Below are positions 6,797 through 13,438 of a DNA stretch of 32,000 bases, piece by piece. Where the stretch lies: positions 300,001-332,000 of the forward strand of contig NZ_CP010904.1 in NCBI RefSeq assembly GCF_001017655.1, in the 5' to 3' direction. Both the position numbers and the translations under genes were made by a program. Position 1 is the first letter of the stretch. Each line of letters begins with the position of its first letter. The notes under the pieces were generated by a model. It was not told the DNA's origin, did no database searches, and saw only the letters and a program-made list of their open reading frames with translations. This DNA comes from Kiritimatiella glycovorans (GTDB lineage Bacteria; Verrucomicrobiota; Kiritimatiellia; Kiritimatiellales; Kiritimatiellaceae).

Positions 6797-8527
6797 GTGA
6801 AAACAATAAGGTGGATAATCCTGCTGAGCATGACGGCGGGTCTGGCGTGCGCAACCGGGGCTGCCGTGGATGAATCGGCGACCGCGCTCGAAAAAGGGGT
6901 CGAGGCCGCTCAGGATGAGACGGACGGAGGCCAGGCGTCGGCTGCCCGGAAAGATGCGCGGCAGGAGACGGGGCGCGTCGGCGCCGCGGAAAAGGTCTCA
7001 TCGGCGGCGAGTGCGGAGGGGACGCCGGGAAGTGCTGCGGAGATGGAAATATCGCCTGACGGCGAAGACGTCCTACGCATGGCGGGCCTGGGCGCGGAAG
7101 CCTCGGAGCTGATCAGCGTGCAGCTCGAGAAAGTGGAACTGGAGAAAGCGATCAACATTTTCAGCCGCCTTTCCGGCGTGAACATTATTGTTCCCGAACT
7201 GGAGGAGGTGCGCAAACCGGTGACCGTCAATCTTGACGAGGTGCCCTGGAAACCCGCGCTGGAAACCATCCTCTCCTCCTATAATCTCGAACTGCACCAG
7301 AAGGTTCCGGGTACGGAGATCTACACCATCCGCCAGCGTCCCGCGGATGCGCCCGAGCCCGAACCGGTTCGGGTCTTCAGCCTGAGCCACGCGAACACCG
7401 AAAGCGTCAAGAAAGTCCTCGAAGGCCTGGCCGGGAAGGACAAAGTCTACACCTATCCCGAAGGCAACACGATTGTGGTGCAGGGTGATGCGACGGTCAT
7501 GGAGGATATAGAGGCCGTGGTGAAGGCGGTCGACCGTCCGCGCGAACAGGTTTTTGTCGAGGCGAATATCTTTGAACTCGAGGATGTCTCCAGCGATCAG
7601 CTGGGCATCGACTGGGAGGGCTCCGGCGAAGGCAACGACGGGCTGGCCGGTCTCGATGTCGATCTGGGGTCCCCGCAGTTCGAACAGCGCGATCTGAACG
7701 AGTTTATCGATCTGGATCAGACCCGGGTTGCCACGCTCGCGCCCGGAGATCTGAATGTACTGCTGAACGCCCTGCGGCAGCGATCGGATGTGAAGCAGGT
7801 TTCCAGTCCGCGCCTGGTCGTGGGGAACGGTCAACAGGCCAATATCCGGGTCGTGACCAAGGAGCCGAATCTCGAGGTGGAGACCACCTTCGACGATGAG
7901 GGCAACCCGGTGGCGACTTCGACCAAGATGGCCTTCAACCAGGCCACGCCCGAGGGATTCTTTATTTACGGCATCGAGCTTGATGTGACGCCCACGATCA
8001 ATACGGAGAGCAATATCACCGTCCAGATCGTGCCGACCATCTCCCGCGAACTCGTGGACGAGCGGCGGGTAATCAGTGTGGGTGAGGAAATCGGCAACGA
8101 ATTTCCCGTCATCCGGGAGAAGAAGGTGGAGACCACCTTTATTCTCGGCAACGGCCGGACGGCGGTCATCGGCGGACTCACGGAAGAACTCGCCAATGAT
8201 ACCGTGAATAAAATCCCGCTTCTCGGGGATATACCCGTGCTCGGAAAATTCCTGTTCCGCAGCACCGAGAAGAAAACGACGCAGACGGAAAACATTATCT
8301 TCGTCAAGGTGGGGATCCAGGAGCCGGAACCGGGCCGCGAGTATCAGGGGATACACGACAGCGCCACGCTCACACGCCGCCAGCTGATACGCCGCGACCG
8401 TCGGTTCCGGAGAGACGCGGCGGAGGAGGAACTGCTGCGGCTGCAGGAGGATATGGAACTCGAACAAGAGCTCGAACGAATCGAAACCCGCAGGAAGGCC
8501 CTCGAGCGGGAGCGGGGCCGGGAGTAA
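6797..8527 (+). CDS. pilQ: secretin (PilQ/GspD family), 576 aa
   Basis: GTG 6797 with GGGAGGAG at 6781-6788. Signal peptide, N0/STN-like domain (VQLEKVELEKAINIFSRLSGVNIIV), N-domain (VRVFSLSHANTESVKKVLEGL..NTIVVQGDATVMEDIEAVV) and secretin core (VSSPRLVVGNGQQANIRV; IPLLGDIPVLGKFLFRS; ENIIFVKV). Unusual 71-aa charged C-terminal tail. Confidence 0.9.
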   Translation: MKTIRWIILLSMTAGLACATGAAVDESATALEKGVEAAQDETDGGQASAARKDARQETGRVGAAEKVSSAASAEGTPGSAAEMEISPDGEDVLRMAGLGAEASELISVQLEKVELEKAINIFSRLSGVNIIVPELEEVRKPVTVNLDEVPWKPALETILSSYNLELHQKVPGTEIYTIRQRPADAPEPEPVRVFSLSHANTESVKKVLEGLAGKDKVYTYPEGNTIVVQGDATVMEDIEAVVKAVDRPREQVFVEANIFELEDVSSDQLGIDWEGSGEGNDGLAGLDVDLGSPQFEQRDLNEFIDLDQTRVATLAPGDLNVLLNALRQRSDVKQVSSPRLVVGNGQQANIRVVTKEPNLEVETTFDDEGNPVATSTKMAFNQATPEGFFIYGIELDVTPTINTESNITVQIVPTISRELVDERRVISVGEEIGNEFPVIREKKVETTFILGNGRTAVIGGLTEELANDTVNKIPLLGDIPVLGKFLFRSTEKKTTQTENIIFVKVGIQEPEPGREYQGIHDSATLTRRQLIRRDRRFRRDAAEEELLRLQEDMELEQELERIETRRKALERERGRE

Positions 8528-8629
8528 AGCGGGTTCGGGGGTGAGCCGGGTGCAGGGGAAGGCGTCAGGAACATGGATGGGCCCGAACGGCCGGGGGCGG
8601 AACGTGTACGACAACGATAATATCTACGT

Positions 8630-8670
8630 CCGGCTGGACTGAACGCAACCGCTTCAGTCTTCCGGTTTTT
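8630..8670 (+). terminator. candidate intrinsic terminator of the pilus operon
   Basis: CCGG-CTG-GACTGAA-(9-nt loop)-TTCAGTC-TT-CCGG followed by TTTTT (8666-8670), about 100 nt after the secretin stop. It overlaps the last codons of the convergent PPIase gene. Confidence 0.45.
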
Positions 8671-9511
8671 CGTCCTCTTCCACCCGGATGTCCGCTTCGC
8701 CTTTGCGGGCGTCCACCCATTCGCCGATCGCGTCGTTCTTGCGGTCGTGCAGCAGCGACTCGGTGATCCGGTCGCGGACTTCGTCAAACTCCATTTGACG
8801 CGGCGCTTTCCGGTCGTGCACCGTGGCGATGTGCCAGCCGAACTGCGTCTGAAAGATCGGTGAAATCTCGCCCGCCTCCATGGAAAAAACCACGGTCTCG
8901 AATTCCGGCACCATTTTCCCGCGTGCAAAATAACCCAGATCGCCCCCCGCATCTTCGCAGGAGGAATGCGTGTCGGCCATCGACGCGAAATCCGCGCCCT
9001 CGCGCAGCTGCCGGCGCACGTCCAGCATCTCGTTGAACGTCTTTTCCGGGTTCGCACGGTCCGGCTGACACACGATGTGAGCGGCGTGTACTTCGGGCGG
9101 CGCCGTGAAGCGGTCCTTGTGCTCCTCGTAGTAGGAGCGGATCTGATCCTCGTCGGGTTGCGCGACATCCGCGCTGAGCTGCTCGAGGAATTTCTGTACC
9201 TTCAGATTCTGCTCAAGGTCGCTCTTGACCCGGGACTCGTCGCTGCCGGTCAGATTGAAACGCTGAAAGAACTGGTCGCGACCGCCGTGCCGTTCGACCA
9301 GCTTGTCGAACTCGGCATCGATTTCCTTCGCGGGTACGGACTCGACCTCTTCGCGCGCCTGCTGTCGGATCAGGGTCCACTCGACAATGTTCTGCTTCGC
9401 CCGTTCGCGGACGGCCTCGTCCTGTTCGTCGGGGTTCTGCTGGCGGACCTGCTGAACCTCGCGCTGGAAGACCTCGTCGCCGACGGTCTCCCCGTTCACG
9501 GTAATCTTCAT
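8654..9511 (-). CDS. parvulin-type peptidyl-prolyl cis-trans isomerase (285 aa)
   Basis: Track ORF 8654..9511(-). The C-terminal half carries a PpiC/rotamase domain (VHAAHIV...GADFASMADTHSSCEDAGGDLGYFARGKMVPEFETVVFSMEAGEISPIFQTQFGWHI); the N-terminal region is SurA/PrsA-like helical. No obvious signal peptide (MKITVNGETVGDE). Confidence 0.85.
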   Translation of the reverse strand: MKITVNGETVGDEVFQREVQQVRQQNPDEQDEAVRERAKQNIVEWTLIRQQAREEVESVPAKEIDAEFDKLVERHGGRDQFFQRFNLTGSDESRVKSDLEQNLKVQKFLEQLSADVAQPDEDQIRSYYEEHKDRFTAPPEVHAAHIVCQPDRANPEKTFNEMLDVRRQLREGADFASMADTHSSCEDAGGDLGYFARGKMVPEFETVVFSMEAGEISPIFQTQFGWHIATVHDRKAPRQMEFDEVRDRITESLLHDRKNDAIGEWVDARKGEADIRVEEDEKPED

Positions 9512-9527
9512 CGTTTATTCCTTATCC

Positions 9528-9938
9528 TTACATGATCAGGTTGTTGTCCTGGCCGCCGCGCATGCCGCCGGGCCCCCCCGCGCCTCCGCCGAGGTCGCCG
9601 GGAGTCACAATCCTTTTAGATTCCTCGCGCTGCATCTGCTGTACGCGTTCGACCATGTCGTCCACGGCCTTTTTGGTCGCCTCCGGAAACTTCGCGATCG
9701 CGTCTTCAAGATTGTCGGCGTCGAGTTCGAACTGCACCGGCATCGGTCCGCCGGGCAGCATGATGTGGGTCTGCCCGGAAAAGATCACCGTGCGGTCCGG
9801 GTCGTCGCTGCCGTCAGCCCGAACCGGCACCATGCGCCGTATCTGGGCCACCTTGCGGTCCGTCAGGGTCTCTTCGCGGTACAGATTTTCGCGATCTACC
9901 TGAAGATCGTCCAGATTGAGTTGATCGCCGTTGCTCAT
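9528..9938 (-). CDS. hypothetical protein (136 aa), acidic, with Gly-rich C-terminal tail
   Basis: Within track ORF 9528..10112(-). Met at 9938 (MSNGDQLNLDD...) is preceded by GGAGGA 7 nt upstream. Only 16 nt upstream of the PPIase gene, so probably the same operon. C-terminus GDLGGGAGGPGGMRGGQDNNLIM. No family recognised. Confidence 0.6.
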   Translation of the reverse strand: MSNGDQLNLDDLQVDRENLYREETLTDRKVAQIRRMVPVRADGSDDPDRTVIFSGQTHIMLPGGPMPVQFELDADNLEDAIAKFPEATKKAVDDMVERVQQMQREESKRIVTPGDLGGGAGGPGGMRGGQDNNLIM

Positions 9939-10090
9939 CGTATGGTGTCCTCCGCTGGGGGTTGGCATGCAAAAGATTGTCCATCGTAGAGACCTCATAC
10001 GTGTGGACAAGGAAATTATGAACGAGAAAAAGATTGGGCGAGGCGATGCGGGAGGGCATAATAAGCGCTTGATCCAAACGGACGGAAGAA

Positions 10091-10654
10091 ATGACCCGCG
10101 GGATACGTACATTCGGAGATCCGGTGCTGAGGTGCAAGGCCGTGAACGTGGAGCGGTTCGACGAAGAGCTGCGCGGACTGGTCGAGGATCTCATCGAGTC
10201 GATGCATGCCAGCAGCGGCGTCGGTCTGGCGGCGGAGCAGATCGGCGATACGCGCGCGGTGTGCGTGATCGACGTCCCCGCGGAAGCCGACCGGAACCCG
10301 GACGACGGCCGCCGCGAGAACCCGGACGTGACCATGCCGCTCGTACTGGTCAATCCCGTCATTACCGGCTCGGGAGAGGACACGGTGCGCGCGGAGGAGG
10401 GTTGCCTGAGCTTTCCCGAGATCTACGCCCCGGTGGACCGCGCGTACGAAGTCACCGTGAGCTATGCGGATACGGACGGTGAACCCTGCAGTCTCGCCCT
10501 GAAGGGACTCGTCGCCCGGGCGGCACAGCACGAGATCGACCATCTCAACGGCGTGCTGCTGGTCGACCGCATTTCGCCGGTCAAGCGCGCCGCGCTGTCG
10601 GGTAAACTGAAGCGGCTCAGACAGCAGACCCGCAGTGCCGCGGCGGGCGCCTGA
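10091..10654 (+). CDS. def: peptide deformylase (187 aa)
   Basis: All three deformylase motifs are present: GVGLAAEQIG, EGCLSFP, QHEIDHLNG. Confidence 0.95.
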   Translation: MTRGIRTFGDPVLRCKAVNVERFDEELRGLVEDLIESMHASSGVGLAAEQIGDTRAVCVIDVPAEADRNPDDGRRENPDVTMPLVLVNPVITGSGEDTVRAEEGCLSFPEIYAPVDRAYEVTVSYADTDGEPCSLALKGLVARAAQHEIDHLNGVLLVDRISPVKRAALSGKLKRLRQQTRSAAAGA

Positions 10655-10759
10655 GCAGGGTCGACTCCGTCCGCGCTTCCGGAAGTGCTCTGCGTTTTCC
10701 TCTCCTGAAGGTCCGCCTTCATGAAGTCACCGGAAACTTCGTAACCGGGTCGGAAATCC

Positions 10760-11425
10760 ATGAATTCAGTACGGGACACCCACACCCGCAGGTCATCCGC
10801 GCATATCGACTGCGTACATCAGCGATCCGGTCCTGCCGGGAAGTCCGGGGAACGGATTCTCGGCTTCACGCTCCCGGAAGTGCTCTGCGTGCTGCTGATC
10901 CTGAGCGTCCTGGTGTATATGGCGCTGCCGGTTTTTCCCTCGTGGACCGCCTCGCGCAGCGTGGGCGCCGCGCTGGCGGAACTGCGTGCCGGGCTGAACC
11001 TGGCCCGGCGCACCGCCATCAACGGCCGCTGCTGCGCCTTTCTCGTTCTCGCGCCCGGCTCCGACCGCGGGGAGGACCGGTGGAGCGTGTTCAAAGGAGA
11101 GGCCGAATCCGCGGCGGAGAGGGCGGTTACCGGATGGCGGCCCCTGCCGCCCCGGGTCCGTTTTGATGTGACCGACGATGCCGAGGGCCGGACGCGGACC
11201 GGTTCGGTGTTCGGGTATCCGGCGCGGTGCGCGGTCCCGGGACTCGACCGCGAGCGGGTTCCCTGCCTGATCTTCGACCGGCGCGGTCGGCTTGCTCATC
11301 CGGATTTCGACGCGCGGATCTATATCCGCGCCGGCCGCGCCGCAGGGAGGGGGCGCGGCTTTATACGGATCCGCCGGGCGACCGGAACGGCGGAAGTGTA
11401 CCGCCCCCGGGAGGACGAAACGTGA
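10760..11425 (+). CDS. GspH/FimT-like pseudopilin (221 aa as called)
   Basis: Track ORF 10760..11425. Prepilin motif ERILG-FTLPEVLCVLLILSVLVYMALP with Glu+5. The leader from the only upstream ATG is unusually long (34 aa), so the start is uncertain. First gene of a three-gene overlapping pseudopilin cluster. Confidence 0.7.
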   Translation: MNSVRDTHTRRSSAHIDCVHQRSGPAGKSGERILGFTLPEVLCVLLILSVLVYMALPVFPSWTASRSVGAALAELRAGLNLARRTAINGRCCAFLVLAPGSDRGEDRWSVFKGEAESAAERAVTGWRPLPPRVRFDVTDDAEGRTRTGSVFGYPARCAVPGLDRERVPCLIFDRRGRLAHPDFDARIYIRAGRAAGRGRGFIRIRRATGTAEVYRPREDET

Positions 11426-11901
11426 ACGCCGCGTACGGGAATCATTGCAGCGGCGGAGGTCGCCCGAACGGAGGGACCGGGTGCACGCTGATCGAACTGA
11501 CGCTGGCCCTTTTCGTGACGGGCACCGGTTTTACGGCGCTGCTCTCCGTGCTGGTCTTCGGCATCAACGCCGCCGGGACGGCTTCGGATTCGTTCCGGGC
11601 GACGCGATTCGCGCAGGAGGTCTTGGCTTCACTGCGTGCCGAGGCGATGGCGGGCGGGTGGGATCGCCTGGAGGCGGGCTGGCGGAGTCCGGCGGGAGCG
11701 GAGATCTCGGATCGGCGCTATCGCGCGCCCCGGGACGCGGTTCCGGCGGGCGGGCCGGCGCAGACCGGCGCGCAGACGGAAATCCGCTGCCACCTGTTTC
11801 TTCAGCCCCGGGGAGCCTCGGTCAGGGATGTCGAACTCGTGGTGGTGCGGGACGGACGCGTGTACCGGTTCCGTACGGCGCTGTTGCGCGAGGGATCGTG
11901 A
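11422..11901 (+). CDS. GspI-like small pseudopilin (159 aa)
   Basis: GTG 11422 overlaps the upstream stop (GTGA), in frame with track ORF 11227..11901. Motif NGGTG-CTLIELTLALFVTGTGFTALLSVLV with Glu+5 but Cys instead of Phe/Met at +1. Confidence 0.65.
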   Translation: MNAAYGNHCSGGGRPNGGTGCTLIELTLALFVTGTGFTALLSVLVFGINAAGTASDSFRATRFAQEVLASLRAEAMAGGWDRLEAGWRSPAGAEISDRRYRAPRDAVPAGGPAQTGAQTEIRCHLFLQPRGASVRDVELVVVRDGRVYRFRTALLREGS

Positions 11902-11906
11902 AGATC

Positions 11907-12659
11907 ATGAGACGCGGAGGAAGAGAGGGCAGGGTGCGGCGCGGATTCACGCTGGTCGAACTGCTGACCGCCATGGCGGTGCTCGGCGTACTCGCGGCCG
12001 CCGTAACGAGGATTACGGGCGTGGCCCTGAAGGTCTGGGATCGCGGGGTGGCCGAGACGAGAAGGACCGCCGAGGTCCGGGCGGCGCTCGATATCCTGCG
12101 CCGCGACCTCCGGTGTGCGGTCGCGCCGGGACGCCCGGGCGCATGCCTGATCCGGGCCGCGGATCGGGTCGGCGACGGAATGACGGGAGACCGCCTCTAC
12201 CTCGCGACGGCGTCCTTCGCGGCCCGACCCTCAAGGCGGGGAATCGCCGAGGTCTGCTACTACCTGGACACCTGCCGGTCGCCGCTCAGCGGCGGCGGAA
12301 GCAGGCGAGTGCTCAAACGCGCCGTCCGGCGCGATGCCGCCGACGCCTGCGCCTGGGACAAAGCCGCGCAGCGCCCGTGGGGTCTGCGCTGTTATGACCG
12401 CGCGGCGGCGTGTCCGAGCGCCGAAGGCTGGGAGCAGCAGGTACTCGCCGGAGGGATAACCGGAATGCGGTTCTCCTGCCGCCGCGCCGCAGGGAAGGAA
12501 GCCTCCGCGGTGGTTGTGGCCGTCGAACTCGAAACCGGGGCGCCACAGGTCGCCCCGGACACCCTGCGTCCGTCCCCGCTGTACCGGTTCCGGACCGCCG
12601 TCGCCCTGAAAGGGAGCCTTATCCGTCCCGCTCCTAACATTATACAAATGATATACTAA
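11907..12659 (+). CDS. GspJ/PulJ-like pseudopilin (250 aa)
   Basis: In frame with track ORF 11292..12659. MRRGGREGRVRRG-FTLVELLTAMAVLGVLAAAV prepilin motif. Alternative GTG start at 11898 overlaps the upstream stop. The AT-rich last ~25 nt overlap the putative phoB promoter. Confidence 0.7.
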   Translation: MRRGGREGRVRRGFTLVELLTAMAVLGVLAAAVTRITGVALKVWDRGVAETRRTAEVRAALDILRRDLRCAVAPGRPGACLIRAADRVGDGMTGDRLYLATASFAARPSRRGIAEVCYYLDTCRSPLSGGGSRRVLKRAVRRDAADACAWDKAAQRPWGLRCYDRAAACPSAEGWEQQVLAGGITGMRFSCRRAAGKEASAVVVAVELETGAPQVAPDTLRPSPLYRFRTAVALKGSLIRPAPNIIQMIY

Positions 12660-12680
12660 CAAAGCGGAAGCGTTTAATAT
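12634..12680 (+). promoter_or_regulatory. candidate Pho box plus -10 element upstream of phoB
   Basis: CTAACA at 12634-12639 and 12656-12661 (22 bp = 2 x 11 bp apart) in an AT-rich patch, then TAATAT (12675-12680) 8 nt after the last 11-mer. The same hexamer recurs upstream of pstS. The geometry resembles PhoB/PhoP boxes replacing a -35. Confidence 0.4.
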
Positions 12681-12732
12681 TCAATCTGGCGTTCGACGTT
12701 CGATGGGGACGAGGCGAATCGAGGTGCGTGCG

Positions 12733-13422
12733 ATGGCGAAAGAGTATCTGCTGGCGGTAGAGGATGAGGAGGACATACTCGAACTCGTGAGGTTCAATCT
12801 CGCGCGCAACGGGTATGAAGTGGGGACGGCCGCGACGGGAGAAGAGGCGCTGAAGTCGGTCGGGAAGCGCAAGCCGGACCTGATCATACTGGATCTCATG
12901 CTGCCCGGTCTGGACGGGATCGAGGTATGCCGGCAGCTCAAATCCGGTTCCGAGACCGCCGACATCCCCGTGGTCATGCTGACGGCCCGCGGGGAGGAAT
13001 CGGACATCGTGACCGGTCTGGAAATCGGCGCCGACGATTACATCACCAAGCCGTTCAGCCCGCGGGTGCTGATGGCCCGGATCAAGGCCGTCCTGCGCAG
13101 ACGCGAACTCGAAGAGACGACCTCGGAAGAGGACGTTCTCCGCGTCCGCGACCTCGTCATACATCCCGGCCGGCATGAGGTCACGCTGGACGGAAATACG
13201 GTGGAACTGACCTATTCGGAATTCCGCGTGCTTCATTTTCTCGCCCGGCGCCCCGGCTGGGTGTTCACCCGCTACCAGATCGTGGACGCGGTGCACGGGG
13301 AGGACTACCCGGTGACGGAACGCTCGGTGGATGTCCAGATTGTCGGCCTGCGTAAGAAGCTGGGACGGGCCGGTAAATACATTGAAACGGTGCGGGGCGT
13401 CGGCTATCGTTTCACGGACTGA
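12733..13422 (+). CDS. phoB: OmpR/PhoB-family phosphate response regulator (229 aa)
   Basis: Met 12733 (MAKEYLLAVEDEEDI) inside track ORF 12703..13422. Receiver domain (DLIILDLMLPGLDG, KPF) plus winged-helix output (VELTYSEFRVLHFLARRPGWVFTRYQI...VDVQIVGLRKKL...IETVRGVGYRF). Directly upstream of phoR-pstSCAB-phoU. Confidence 0.9.
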   Translation: MAKEYLLAVEDEEDILELVRFNLARNGYEVGTAATGEEALKSVGKRKPDLIILDLMLPGLDGIEVCRQLKSGSETADIPVVMLTARGEESDIVTGLEIGADDYITKPFSPRVLMARIKAVLRRRELEETTSEEDVLRVRDLVIHPGRHEVTLDGNTVELTYSEFRVLHFLARRPGWVFTRYQIVDAVHGEDYPVTERSVDVQIVGLRKKLGRAGKYIETVRGVGYRFTD

Positions 13423-13438
13423 AGGGGGCGCCTCCGCG

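Noticed and set aside
7073-8614. 513-aa minus-strand ORF.
   Set aside because: Fully antisense to the secretin gene, which has unmistakable family motifs. No recognisable domains and a typical high-GC antisense composition (Arg/His/Asp/Leu/Gly-rich).
9977-10010. 7-bp inverted repeat TTGTCCA...TGGACAA, separated by 20 nt, in the def / hypothetical-gene divergent spacer.
   Set aside because: Short, widely spaced and a single occurrence, so there is no basis for calling it an operator.
10679-10890. Exact 17-nt direct repeat CCGGAAGTGCTCTGCGT at 10679-10695 (after def) and 10874-10890 (encoding PEVLCV of the GspH-like prepilin motif). It extends to 22 nt with one mismatch.
   Set aside because: Too short to distinguish chance, a duplication remnant or a palindromic terminator-like CTTCCGGAAG. 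Deleting the intervening 195 bp does not create a sensible start, so no functional model is supported.
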